Positions 11,898 through 25,176 of a DNA stretch of 64,000 nt are shown one piece after another; position 1 is the stretch's first letter, and the number at the start of each line of letters is the position of its first letter. The DNA is taken from contig OY253680.1 of assembly GCA_958009085.1 (NCBI GenBank), forward strand, positions 744,001 through 808,000, read 5' to 3'. This stretch comes from Protoeuglena noctilucae. Lineage: Eukaryota. The notes below the pieces were generated by a model. It did not search any database and was not told the DNA's origin. It saw only the letters and a list, made by a program, of their open reading frames with translations. Position numbers and translations under genes: made by a program.

Positions 11898-14800
11898 ATG
11901 GCACGGATGGGGCGGTGGGGCGCCGCCCTGGCGCTCCTCGCCTGCGCGCTCCTTTCAGGTGAGCGACGCGGATAGGCGTTGCATGTGCCTCTTCCTTCGC
12001 GGCGTGCGCGTCGGGCGCCCGCAGCGTGCCCCGGCGACCGAGTCAGACACGAACACCGCGGCCGCGCGTGGCGCGCCGGCCGAGTGTGGGCGGCCAGGGG
12101 CGGCGCGCGGGCGCGATGGGGGCTTGCAGGAAGCTCATTGTCGTCCCCTGCTTCCTCTGCAGGCGTTCAGCGGGCGTTTGCGGTCGCATCGGGGGCGAGC
12201 GGCAGGTGACAGCTTTGGAAGCTTCTGCGCTCCCCCGCGCGCCCTCGCGCCGCGCACAAGGGCCTTCGGTCGCCCCCGCGCGTCAGCTTATTCTCATTCA
12301 CCAATTGCATCGTTCGCGACCCATCTGACCATCTCTCTCGCGCTCCCCGACGCGAGCGGGCCGGCATGTCCCCGCGCGCGCTGTGCCATCTCAGCGCGTG
12401 ACGCGGCCCCCTGCGCGTCGCCGCCGCAGCGTGGACAACTACACGTTCGAGACGGATGTCGCTCGCATGCTCGAGATCATCGTCCACTCGCTCTACTCCA
12501 ACAAGGACGTCTTTTTGCGCGAGGTCATCTCGAACGGCTCGGACGCCCTGGATAAGATCGCGTTCCTGAACGTGTCCAACCCGGGCCTCCTGGGCGACAC
12601 ACCGGAGCTCGAGATGCGCATTCGCGCGGACCGCGAGAACCGCGTCCTGGAGATCCGCGACACGGGCATTGGCATGACGCGGGAGCACCTGGTCAAGGCA
12701 AGCTGGCGTGCAGAAGGATGGCTGGCACGCGTAGGCTGCTGCATGTTCGAGCAGCTACGAGGTCGCACGAGCTCGTTCTGCGACGCATCTCCCCAGTTTG
12801 CCAGCGGCATGGCTGGCTTGTCCGCACTGACGCGTCCTCACCCGTCGCTCCGCAGCACCTGGGCACGATCGCCAAGTCCGGCACGTCTCAGTTCGTGGAC
12901 GAGTTCCTCAAGAGCCAGGACTCGACGCTGATCGGGCAGTTCGGAGTGGGCTTTTACTCGGTCTTCCTGGTCGCTGACTCTGTGGAGGTGGTGTCCAAGC
13001 ACAACGACGACGCGCAGCACATCTGGACGTCCGACGGGCAGGGGTCGTTCGCGATCATTCGGGACGACGACCCGGAGACGCAGCTGGGCCGCGGCACGCT
13101 GCTGAGGCTGCACATCAAGGACGACGCCGACGAGTACCTGGAGGAGAGGTGAGGGGTGGGTTGGATAGTTTTAGGGGGTGTCTGCGGGGATAGAATAGGT
13201 TGAGCAAAGCCTTGGGGTGAGATTGCCAGCGTGGAGATGGCATGGGGTCTGCTGTTGCCCGTCTCCCCGCTCCACGCCAGTGCGTCTGACTGCCTCGCTC
13301 GTCGGTGCGCCTCAGGAAGATCCGCGAGCTGGTCAAGACGTACTCGCAGTACATCCACTACCCCATCCTGCTTGAGGTGGAGAAGGACGTCGAGAAGGAA
13401 GTGCCCGTGGATGAGGTGGACGAGGTGCGTGGGACAGCGACAGTGTTGACGCTGGGTTGCTGCGTGGAACAGCGACAGCCATGATGCTGGGTTGATTTCC
13501 GAATGACGCCGAGGCTGTGATGCTGATCGCGTTCCCAGTAGCTGATCTCCCTTGTCTCGTGTCGCGCATCGCAGGACAACGACGGCATCACGGACAGCGA
13601 CGCAGACGCCCCCCGCACCAAGACGACGACGGTCAAGGAGCGGTCGTGGGAGCGCCTCAACCAAACGCAGGCGCTGTGGACGCGCATGCCCCAGGAGGTC
13701 AAGGAGGACGAGTACTTCGAGTTCTTCAAGGTAAAACCAGCGCAGATGGCATGCAAGATAGCTGGGCCACGCCCTCATGCACCCCTCGCTCCCTCAGCCA
13801 GTTGTCCTCCACTCTCTTGCATTCTGCACTCTCACGTCGCCACACGCACCACCCTCACCTCCCTGCGACCCTCTCATCTCCGGCCCTCACCCGTCCCTCA
13901 CATCTTCTCGCGTCTCAGGAGGTGGCCAAGTCGGGCGAGAACCCCCTGGCCTACGAGCACTTCGAGGCGTCCGGCAGCGACGTCGAGTTCAAGGCCCTGC
14001 TCTTCGTGCCCCCCCGCGCCCCCTCCAACTTTTACGACGAGTTCTACACCCGCAAGCCGGACGTGCGCCTGTACGTGCGCAGGGTCTTCATCACCGACGA
14101 CTTCGAGGACATCCTGCCCACCTACCTCAGGCGAGCAGACGCGGATGGAGTTGTGTGATGCTGGCTTCACATGATGGGATGCTATGCTTACTCTATGGGC
14201 ATCGGCTAAACCGACGCTGCCGTATGGTAATGCCAGGCCTGTTGGGGATGGTCAATACCTTGTTTTAGAAAGGTTTGGCCAATACCATCCGACTTGCCTT
14301 GTCCCACTTAGTACCTCCCTGTGTGTCACACGCAGGTTCGTGTGGGGCCTGGTGGACTCGGACACGCTGCCTCTCAACGTGTCGCGCGAGACGCTCCAGG
14401 AGTCGCAGGCCCTTAAGGTGATCAAGCGGCGCCTGGTGAAGAAGGTGCTGGACATGATTATGGACATCCACAAGAAGGACGAGGAGCGGATCGCCAGCGG
14501 AGAGCTCCAGGAGGGCGACGAGAAGGCGTACGACAAGTTCTGGAAGCAGTGGGGCAAGAGCCTCAAGCTGGGGCTCGCGGAGGACACGAGCAACAGGCAC
14601 AGGTGGGCGGAGGGGCCGGGCTGTGCCAGCTGGGCTTGATGCAGGATGCCGATGCCCGTTGTGCGTCACGCCCCTGCGGACCCTGCCGCGCAGGATCGCC
14701 AAGCTGCTGCGCGTCAAGACGTCCAAGAGCAACGGCAAGCTGGTGTCCCTGGACGAGTACATCGAGGGGATGAAGAAGGGGCAGAAGTTCATCTACTTCC

Positions 14801-16238
14801 TGTCGGGCGATTCGGACGAGGTGAGTATGGGCTCGTATGGGCATGTTGATGCTGTTATTGTTGGTGGTGGTGTTGGCAGGAGTGCTGGCGGTGCCTGCCG
14901 ACCTCATATCTCGTTCCATGTCACGCCTATGCCGCTGCCGCCACCCCGCGCCTCTCTCGGCATGTACAGGAGATCCGCTCGTCTCCGCTGATCGAGCGCC
15001 TGCTGGCCAAGGACATTGAGGTCATCTTCTTCACCGAGCCGGTCGACGAGATCCTCATCCAGCACCTCGACGAGTATGAGGAGGTAAGGGCGCGCAGCGG
15101 ACCCGACAGATCGGATTTGCACCATCACAGCCGCTCAGGTCTTATGACGAGTTGCATTGCTTTACGAGCAGAGAACGCCATAGCATTGGCCGAGCATGAC
15201 TGTTATGTTCAAATCATAGACCTGCTTCCTCACACTGACTCCCCGACCTCCCCCGTGTGCGCAGTTCAAGTTCCAGAATGCGGCCAAGGAGGACATGCGC
15301 ATGGACGACAAGGAGGAGAAGGAGGAGCACAAGAGGCTGGAGAAGGAGTACAAGGACCTGTCCGAGTGGTGGCGCGAGCAGATCAAGTCGGTGGACCGGC
15401 TGGCCCAGGAAGTGCGCGTGACGACCCGCCTCACCACCACGCCCTGCATCGTCGTGTCGGCCAAGTTCGGCTGGTCGGCGCACATGGAGAAGATCATGAT
15501 GGCGCAGGCCCTGGGCGACCCGGAGCGCCAGCAGTACATGCGGTCCCAGAAGATTCTCGAGATCAACCCCCTCCACCCCATGGTGTCCTACATCAAGGGG
15601 CGGTTCGACCAGGACCGGGAGGATGCGGACGCCAAGCTCCTGGCCCAGCTCATGTACGACACGGCGCTGCTGGGTGAGCGGCCGACCGCACTGGGCAGCG
15701 CTGGCTGCCGCTGTCGTGTTGTTGCGTCTCGTGCGCTGCAATGGCAGGCGCTTCTATCTCATATGAAGGCTCCTCTCCATCAGCGGGGGTTTTGAGCTTG
15801 TTGTCGCTCCTGATGTTGAGTTGATTTGGCTGTCTTGTCACTCGAGCCCCCTCATCCCTCGTGCAGAGTCGGGGTACGATGTGGCGGACCCCCACGCCTT
15901 CTCCAAGAGCATGTACAAGATGCTCAACATGGCGATGCAGGCGGGACTCGACCTGGACTCCGTCAGCGCGGCGCCCGAGGTGAGGAGGAGGGCGGCAGCA
16001 AGAAATGTGCTGTGACGTGCGCCCCGTGCTGTGTGGCAGAGCACGTCGCTGTGATTCGCGGCGATCCGCGCCAGTTAGCGCTTTGAGTGGTAAGCATTCG
16101 AGCCGGTCCTTTTCAGTTGGATGCTCGTGCGCTGCGAGACGTCACCACTGACGACGCCACTGCTCTCGGTCGCTTTCGCAGGATGATGTGGATACGGTCG
16201 ACGGGGACGAGGCGCAGGACCACGACGCGGAGCTCTGA
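11898..16238 (+). CDS. HSP90B: ER HSP90 (endoplasmin/GRP94)
   Basis: Signal peptide exon, then [85 protein letters not shown] and [10 protein letters not shown]. It ends QDHDAEL*. Confidence 0.96.
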
Positions 16239-16576
16239 GCGCTCCATTCGCGTGTCGTGAGGCTGCGGGGCAGTCGAGGGAAAGATGGCGGAAGGGGTGG
16301 TGGGGTACCTGACATTTGTGTCTGACGCGTAGATGCACCCGAGATGCACGGGTTCGTAGTACCATTGACTTGACGATGACCCTGTGCTCCGCGGGAGCCT
16401 TAGGCGCGGCGGACCGGACCGCTGCTGCAGCGTTTGTGCGCCTGCGCAGCGGTGAATTCCACGCGATCGACTCTCAACTCGTTTCTAGTCTGCTGTGGAA
16501 CATAGGGGAAGCCAGTCAATCGCGCCGTGCGGCAGCAGAGCTGAGAATCGGGGCACGGGGGGGCGTGGGCTCAGCC

Positions 16577-17136
16577 ATGAATTCCGAGGAGGTTTGGCGT
16601 TGTTCCAGGGCATTTGAGGGGCTCGAACGATGCGCCAAGTCCCATCCAAGGTGATGTGGACCTGTCGTCGGTGCCGGGGCATGGCGGAAGGTCGCGGGTG
16701 CACGGTTACAACTCCAAGCGCGTTCGCTGTGCAGAGACCATCGAGAGATCTGCCGACACATCCATAGGGAGTGCGTCTGGTGCACGATGCTCGCCGTTGG
16801 CTGCCAGGATGCGGCGCGGGTGAGCGGCAGGTTGGCTTGCGGGTCTCGAAGATGCTGCCGTGGCTGCATTGGCACGACGCTTACCCTCCAGCTCGCGCTC
16901 CCCAGGCCCTGCAGCGCTGTGTGGAGGTGAAGGGCAGGTATCGCGTCCCTCCACGGCACCCGCTGCAGGAAAACATACCAAGGGTGAGCACTGGCCCGCT
17001 CGGCACGCACTGACCAGCCTGACCAGCCTGCGTCACGGCGGCCGTGCACCCAGTCGTCTTTTATCACCGCTCTCAGGAATGCGAGGCGTACTTCAACGCA
17101 GCCATGGACTGCCTCGCGCAGAATTCGGACAAATGA
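16577..17136 (+). CDS. Small quadruple CX9C (CHCH-type) protein, ~98 aa, probably mitochondrial intermembrane space
   Basis: Exons 16577-16650, 16735-16819, 16906-16983 and 17077-17136 join through GT-AG introns into MNSEEVWRCSRAFEGLERCAKSHPRDHREICRHIHRECVWCTMLAVGCQDAARALQRC...ECEAYFNAAMDCLAQNSDK*, which has four exact C-x9-C motifs. Confidence 0.75.
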
Positions 17137-17228
17137 GGGTCCGCAACGGCCTATTCCTGCATTCTTGCTAGCTGCGCTCGCCACCGCCTGTGCTGCATCA
17201 CATGTCGTCCACCGTTGTCGTCCCTCTC

Positions 17229-19030
17229 TTACGCCACCAGCTCCGCGAGCCCCTTAGTCACGTCCTCCAGGCTCTTGCTGAACAACGCCTTCCACCGCTG
17301 GCACTCCTCCTTGTGAGCGGGCCGGTCGAGTTTCTGGCATTCCCTGCGAGTGCGGGGGGCGGGTGGGCCAGCGGGTCACGCGTCGCCGTGTCGAAGCCCG
17401 CAACTGCCGCCCAGAGCACGCGGTCGCTCGCCTGCTGCAGTACATCGCAACGTGGCACCCCCCGCACGCCATGAGGTCGGGGACCGTCGCGGCCGTGCTC
17501 TTGCACTGGCACGAGCTGCCGAAGGCGTGCTGGGACCTGCGTGCGCTCGCCCGGCTAGCCACTTGCCCGCTAAAGCACAGACAGCCAAAGTTGCGGAAGC
17601 TGCAGGCGACACCGCAGTCGCAGCTCACCACTTCTTGCACCCCGCGCATTGGAAGAACGACATGAGCGCGCCGATGTCCCAGGCAAAGCTGCAGATCCGC
17701 ATCATGCTGCGTCAAGGAAACGGAACATGGGTTTTTAAGCCGATCTCGGCAACACGGGTTCGCAATGCTAGCAGGACCCGCTGCAAGCCGCCCCTCACGT
17801 GATGCGCTGGCACAGCTTGCCGGGCAGCTCAGGTCCAACTTCGTCCGCGATCTCGTGGGCGCACTTGCACTTGAGCAGCCTCCTTCCGCTGGCGAGGGTG
17901 TACGCCATGTCGGCGTCGCGCACGGCCAGGACCCGGAGGAAGCGGGTGAGGACGTCAGCCGCGCCCGCGAGGAGCATGCGGTGGGGCATGGTGCTGCCCG
18001 CGGGGGACACGCAGAGGAGGAGGAAGGCGTAGGGGATGCTGAGTTGCACGGGATGGAACGCGGGGGCGATGAACAGGAGCTTGGGGTCTTTGGCCTGCCA
18101 GCGGAGGCTGAGCATGTTGTCGAGGATGCGCAGGCACGCCTCCACCCAGCTCTTCCAGAAACCCCGCTTCTCGAGCCTCATTAGCAAATCCACCGTGACG
18201 GGCAAGAGCGTCCTGCGGGCGGGTCGAGGGGTCACTTGTGTCGTATGACCAACAGCCACGGTCGACAGGTAACATAAAAGAGCCGGTAACTGGCGTCGAT
18301 CATCATTGCCGGCCACACTCACTCTCCCGGGAGCACGCCGGGGTCGAACCTGAGATCGTGCCGCACTGCGGTGACAATCTCGGTGGGCAGCAGGATGCCT
18401 CGGAGGGAGAGGAGGGCCATGCAGTCCACCGGCCTCTCCGACAGGCTCTCCAGTTGGAACGAAATGTCGAGCAGGTTGCTCTCGAGCAGCTCCACCACGG
18501 CTGCGGTGATGGGGACGGGGGGGTCCGTGGCAATGAGTAACAGTCACCGTGCAGAGAGGCAGGATGGGTCGGCGTGGCCGAAGGCGTGAGAGCAGCAGCC
18601 GAGGGTGCCCTGCCGCACCTGCGTGGCGGCTCCAGCGCGTCTCGGGCCAGATGGACAGCTGCGAGATCTGCATGAGGGCCTGGGGCACCTCGTTGAGGAA
18701 GGCGAAGATGTCCGCCCCCTTCTTCAGGAGGTACCCGTCCTTGTGCGCTTTGCACGCCAACACGTGCGTCGCCGCCACCCGCACCACCCGCAGCATCTGC
18801 TGCGCCGTGGCGACGTCGGGGGACCTCTCCCGCCCCGCCGCCCGGTCCCTGCGCGCCACCAGCTGCATGAGCCGCGTCGCGTCGTCACCACGGACTGCGG
18901 GGTCTGCCAGCGCCGGCTGCAGGCGGTTGGCCAGGAACACCGAAGTGGTGGCCGTCTTGAGCGACAGCAGCTCGCCCTGGCACAAACCGCTCTTCATCGC
19001 CTCGGTCGCCCGGCCCACGGCCACTGCCAT
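17229..19030 (-). CDS. MYND zinc-finger protein (helical N-terminus, C-terminal MYND)
   Basis: CQCKSTAATVPDLMACGGCHVAMYCS-R|ECQKLDRPAHKEEC reads across a GC-AG intron (donor 17431). TAA at 17229. The start is uncertain. Confidence 0.75.
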
Positions 19031-19283
19031 GTTGGACCAAAAGTCCCTCTCTGCGGCATCAAGCGATCACGATCCATTTGACGAACTTCAAATGAATCAA
19101 AGACGAACGTCCACCCAACCGGATTTCTGGCGATCACGCCGGCCTTCCAGCACTGACGGCAGGTCTACTTTTGCACAGCTGAGCCGCAGATCATTGCAGA
19201 TTCAGGGAATCTGAGCCGCATCTGGCAGCACGTTGCCAGGGAAGCGGACACACTCAAGGCTTAGGGACACTTAAACCTACCGG

Positions 19284-22016
19284 TCAAACAAACTTTGCCA
19301 ATCCCTCGCCTCCCAATCGGTCCACACCCGTCCACCCTCCCCTAGCCGCCCCGCCCGCGTTCGCGGAACCCCGCAGCCCCCTCCCGTGCGCTTTCCCCGC
19401 TTGGTACGCCAAGTACCCTACGACGCTGACGCTGATGCCCCACACCAACGTCCGCTGCAGCTTTCCGGGGCTCTTACAATCCGCGTCTCGCCCACCTCCT
19501 GCGCCGCTCGCCCCGCTGCCCCTCGCGCCTCCTGCGCCCTTGCTCCCCGCGTCTGATAGCCCGCCCTTCGAGTCACCCACCCCGCTGCCACCCTTCCCAT
19601 GGCCGCACGCCTGCTCATGAGAGGCAAGCTCCGGCGCCTTAGCAGCCCCGACGCTCCCCTCGCCGCCCCCACCGCCGCCCCTGCCCGCGCCTCCGCTGCT
19701 GCCGCGCCCAGTCCCGCTGCTCCCCCCCGCCCCATCGCCGCGCGCATATGCGTCCTCGTGCGTCGGCACCCGCGGCGGGAGCACGCCATCCGCAGCGTTC
19801 GCCCCGCCCCCCCCACCACCCTTCCCCGACGCCCCACCTGCCGGCACGGGGCTAGCCTTTCCGTCCGCCCCTCCGCACAACCCGCACGACCGCCGGCATT
19901 CCTGGTGCATGTACCCCGGGTTCTCCGTGCACTGCCGATTACGTGCCCACCCCGCACACTGACTCTGCGTTGAGCCGGGCGGAAAGGCGACGTTTGACGC
20001 TCACAGGTAGCAAGCAAAGTTACAAACCTCCATCCGCGTCCCCTCGCCAGCTCACGTTGCTGTCCCGGCAAGAGTCGCTCCCCACGGGCACCCTCGCCAT
20101 GTCCCCCAGCGCCTCCAGTTCCCGACGAAAGGCCTTCTCCCGCCCCTCCACCGCCCCGCACAGCTCGTCCAGCTGGGGCGATGCGGGGCACGCACGGCGG
20201 TGCCACCAGCACAGCGCCGCGTCTGCCATGATTAGAGGCTCCTGCGCCGCACGAGGACAGACACAATGGCAGAGGGATGCGAGGGACTGGGTCAGTGCAG
20301 CGAGGTGTCGATGCTCGGGCCCACAAAACGGCTCCAGCGATCCATGCGGGGCTCACCAGGGCGATCAGGTCAGTGACGCGTTGCTGCCCCTGGGAAGTCA
20401 GCTTGGCTGGGTCAGGGGGCGTCGGAAACAGCCCGGACTTGGGCGCTGCAGGCACATGGCACGCCGTAAATGAAACCAAGAGAGCTTTGCTTGCCCACAG
20501 CCGTGGCTCTGTAACACTGCGTTTGTATTCCAAGCTCGCTCGTCGCTCACCCTTGTCGGCCCCGAACGGCTTCGTCCAGGGCTGGTCGGGCCATGGCGGG
20601 CACGCGAGCGGGTCGAAATCACGGAACCAGTGCTTGTCCCAATGGAACCCTGTGTTGGCCACCTCCCACAGGATGCCGTAGTGCAGGATGCGGGGGACAG
20701 TGACGACGGGGTAGCCGGGGTAGAGCTGGTCCGTCAGGGACGCGCGGTGGTAGATCCTGGAGTCCGCAAACAGGGCTTACTCAACACAAGGCTCGCTGTG
20801 CAAGAGCCCCATCGGTCGCAGTCGCAGGCGCCGCTCGTCACCCGTGCTTGGCTGCCGCGAAGGCGTAGCCGTACATTTCGCTGATCCATACGCGGCCCTT
20901 GCCCTGCTGCTCCGCGTAGACGTCCCCCGAGGTCTGCCACGCGTTCGGGTCCATTCGAACCTTCTCGGTGTATTTGTAATAATCGTCCACGAACGACGCC
21001 AAGTCCTCGCGGTAAAGCATGTTGAACGTGCCAACCTGCGGCACAGCAAAGGGCGGCACGAACTTCAATAGAAATTAGACACACTCAGGCAGCAACGGTG
21101 ACAACCCATGGGCCACCACCCCAAGCGAGGCTTGCCTGGTCAGCACGGCGCCCCACCACGCCTCCCTTGGTGTCCTCCAGTTTGGGCAGCTGCGGGCGAG
21201 GTGTACCACGAGTCGCACACACGGCTGTCATCGCCACGCCTCCCAGCAACGCCACAGATGCGCTCGCTTTCACCCTCACCTCAGGCACGATCGCATCCGC
21301 CATGGCATTGGCCACCCCCTTCAGGTAGCCGTAGTACGCGGCGACGGGCTTGCCCGGGGCGACGCCGAGCTCCCCCGGGTCCATGGGCGCACGGAGGAGC
21401 ATGTCGGCATCTGTGATGAGGATCACGTCCGCGACCGGCTTGGCCTCCTCCAGCCACCGCGCGATCGAGTAAGGCTTGTTGTAGGCCGAATACGTGTCCC
21501 TGCGACGACGGAGCGACGAAGGGGCTCGTGGACCTGCTGCCAGGCATGCGGCTGTCATCCATGCCGGCGGAAGGGATGCCTCGGCGGTCACCCAAGGGCC
21601 CGGTTCTCCTCGACGTCTTCGGTGACGAACGTGTCGACGATGTCGAACACCGCGCTCCGCGTCTGCCGCACGCGCGCCAGGTCTTCGGACTTGCAGGACA
21701 TGAGGCGCGTGAGCTTGCCGGGCTGCCCTGACGCCAGGAACGAGTAGGTGAGCACGATGCTCTGCCAGTCGAAAAAGGGCGTGCATTGCGTCGAGAAGAT
21801 CGTATGCACCGTGGGGAACCTGCGGGGCCCGACTGGGAGATCGGGTGACGCCAAGGCGCGCGCTGAGCAAAGCAGGAACGATGAGGGCAGCCAACTGGGC
21901 GCGTCTCACGATCCCGCGGTCGCCGACGCCACGTTGGGCGAGGACGCGATCACAAGGAGCGTGGCCAGGGCGGCCACCAGCGCCTGGGCGAGGCGCATGG
22001 GCCGCTCGACGCCCAT
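19284..22016 (-). CDS. SERGT1: Peptidyl-serine O-alpha-galactosyltransferase (GT96, SGT1/SERGT1-like) with ShKT domain and C-terminal TM
   Basis: Signal peptide, then VHTIFSTQCTPFFDWQS...SGQPGKLTRLMSC, YNKPYSIARWL, ILITDADMLL (DxD), WISEMYGYAFAAA and ILHYG...WDKHW. An ShKT-like CRDSN...MHQECRRSCGLC precedes the TM segment LVWGISVSVVGYLAY. Confidence 0.88.
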
Positions 22017-22490
22017 TGGAGCTGCGTCCTGGGCCCCCACGCTCGTCAGGAGCGTTGGGAGCCGTCCATGCCCATGACGAACCAAAGAACGTGCAGGTTC
22101 ACACCCAATGCGCGTGGCAGGTTGCTTGAAAGAGTCGCTGAGCACACGCAGGGCTTGGAACAGTGCGCGCAAGCGAAACAATCCTCCACGCGTCGCCCTG
22201 GTTCACTGGAACCACCCTGCCGCTTTCTGCGTGTCGTCAGCAGCGTTCAGGCTTGCATAGAAGCGCAACAGCGGATTCCAGGACAGACTGGCGCTGAGGC
22301 AGGGTTAAACCCGCTCGGCCGCCGAGTCGAGGGTCCACCGGATCCCGCCATCGCCCTTTTCTCGGCTCGCTTCGCACCACCAGTTGCATCCGCACGCTGC
22401 TCACGCTCCCCCCGACCGGAACGAGCACGGATTGACCGCGAAGCCGCGCTCCGGGGTCGCCAGAGGGCAGGGAGAGGGACTAGGCTGGAA

Positions 22491-24958
22491 ATGGGGGGTT
22501 TGCGGGAGCAGGTGAGATCGCGGCGCGGCACCCGGAGGCGACGCGACGCGGCTGCCGCCCGCTAGCCAGGGTTGGACTCCTGAGTCTCCTTTTCAGCGCG
22601 GGAGGCCGCGTGTGCGTGCTTCTAGCATCGACTGCAGCGCTGGACGCGCCCGGCTGCGTCTAGGGACCCCGCCCTCGCGCTGGAATCCGGCTGCTGCGCT
22701 GCGCCGAGCGTGGGCGAAATCTCGCGGGCCCCGCTGCCGCCCGCCTCGTCCAGGCAGTCGGCACTGATGCTGACTCCCACTCGGAGCGGGGGATTCGGGT
22801 TTGATCCACCATAGAACGCTTGCTTGGCATCTTGGTTTCCGCGCCCATCCGCATCGGGTTTCCACGGCGTCGGGCCGTGAGACCGGGCTTGCGCTTTCAG
22901 CAACGGCTCCATGACTTTGTTACCCTCTCACCAGCCACGCGCGGCGCCATGTCTTTGCTAACTTCTGGCCCCGCAGTCCCTCGAGGGGCTGGACCCCGCC
23001 AAGCTCACGCCGCTCTCTCCCGAAGTCATCTCGCGGCAGGCGACGATCAACATCGGGACCATCGGACATGTGGCGCACGGGTGCGCGCTGCACTGTGCCT
23101 GCGGAGCGCGGGGCTGCACCAGGCGCCGTGCACTGCTCTGCAGCCGACGCGTGGCACCTCTGACCTGCCCGCAGCAAGTCGACGCTCGTGAAGGCCATCT
23201 CGGGGGTGCAGACGGTGCGCTTCAAGAATGAGCTCGAGCGGAATATCACGATCAAGCTCGGCTACGCGAACGCCAAGATCTACCAGTGTCCCAAATGCCC
23301 CCGGCCCAAGGTAAGCCATAGGTCTTTTGCTTCCTCTTGCAGTTGTCCTGCGATGGTTTGCACGCATATGTGCGATTTCTTTGCAACCTTTCCCGCAGTG
23401 CTACTGGGCGTTCGGGTCGAGCACGGAGGACTCCCCCGAGTGCCCCAACTGCGGCACGCGCATGGACCTGCTCAGGCACATCAGCTTCGTGGACTGCCCC
23501 GGGCACGACATTCTCATGGCCACGATGCTCAACGGGGCCGCCGTGATGGACGGCGCCATGCTGCTGGTGGCCGCCAATGAGAGCTGCCCTCAGCCCCAGA
23601 CTTCCGAGCACCTGGCGGCCGTGGAGATCATGCAACTGCGCCACCTGGTCATCCTGCAGAACAAAATCGACCTCGTGTCGCAGACGTCCGCCAAGCAGCA
23701 GTTCCACGACATCCGGGAGTTCGTCAAGGGCACCATGGCCGAGAAGGCCCCCGTCGTGCCCATCTCGGCGCAGCTCAAGTACAACATCGACGCCGTCGTC
23801 GAGTACCTGGTGCGCAAGATCCCCGGTGAGGACGTGCGGGATGGCGTGGGGCACCATGACAACGCCACTGCCGCTCCGGTGACACTCGCCGGATGCAAAG
23901 TGGTCGTGATGGGAGCAGCTGTGCTGTTGTACATGTGGGAGCCCTTTGCGTGCGATCGCCGAGCGGCAAGCACTGCCCCCGACCGCCTCTGCTTTGTCTG
24001 CCGCCCGCAGTGCCTGCCCGGGACTTTGTGTCGCCGGCGCGCATGATCGTCATCCGCAGCTTCGACGTGAACAAGCCGGGGACCACGGTGGACCACCTGG
24101 AGGGCGGCATTGCGGGCGGGTCCATTCTGCAGGGCGTTCTGCGCAGGGGGCAGGTGGTGGAGGTCCGGCCGGGGCGCATCTACAAGGACGCGCAGGGCAA
24201 GGTGACGGGGGCAGGGACAGGCGTTGGCGCAGTCCACTGAGGCACCGGAGGTATGTTGCTTGGTGCTTCGACACACCTGTGAGGACCTGTGGGGCGTGTC
24301 AGGACAAGATTGGACACATGACAACCCATGCATCGTTAACGATCGGACGCCTTTGTCTCCCTGGCCCGCAGGTGACGTGCACGCCGATCAAGGCCCAGGT
24401 CATGTCTCTGTTTGCGGAGAAGAACGCGCTCGAGTTCGCCGTGCCCGGGGGCCTCATCGGCGTGGGCACGAGCATGGACCCGATGCTGACGCGGGCGGAC
24501 CGGCTGGTGGGGCAGGTGCTGGGGGACGTCGGGACGCTGCCGGACGTGTACACGGAGCTGGAGATCAACTTCTTCCTCCTCCGGTGAGTCGTGGGAATGT
24601 GGGGACCGAGACGAGCGTCGCCTTGGGTTGTATTGGGACGAAGACGAGAGCTTCTTACCCTCCCTCGGCACCCCACCGCAGTCGCCTGCTGGGCGTCAAG
24701 ACGGAGAAGGGCGAGAAGGGCAGCAAGGTGAAGAAGCTGGAGAAGGGCGAGGTGCTGATGCTCAACATCGGCTCCATGTGCACGGGGGCGCGCGTGGTGG
24801 CGTGCAAGTCGGACCTGGCCAAGGTGCAGCTGACCATGCCCGTGTGCACGACCGAGGGGGAGAAGATCGCGCTGTCGAGGCGCGTCGAGAAGCACTGGCG
24901 GCTCATCGGGTGGGGGCAGATCCAGAAGGGGCTCAGGATGCAGCTGCCCGACGCCTGA
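22491..24958 (+). CDS. EIF2S3: Translation initiation factor 2 subunit gamma
   Basis: [76 protein letters not shown], then [27 protein letters not shown] and [13 protein letters not shown]. Confidence 0.97.
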
Positions 24959-25176
24959 GAGCCGGCGAGACTGTCAGCGCTTGGCGAGACGGGGGTTGGG
25001 TGAGCGGTTTGAAACAACGTCGGCACGTCTGCGCTGTTCATCGACATCAACATGAACCAATGCGATGCTAGGACAACATGACTGGCAATGGCATCCTCAC
25101 ACCATGGCAGAGAGACATGGCACGCTGTTTGGACAAGAGTGCAAGCATGGCTGTGCTAAAGATCGTCATGGCGGAC

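Noticed and set aside
19261..19280. Telomere-like TTAGGG motifs (also ~13170, ~56696)
   Set aside because: These are single isolated copies with no tandem array.
22512..22976. snoRNA in the long first intron of eIF2-gamma
   Set aside because: Only a partial C-box-like TGATGCTGA is present; I could not support a D box with terminal stem or an H/ACA fold.
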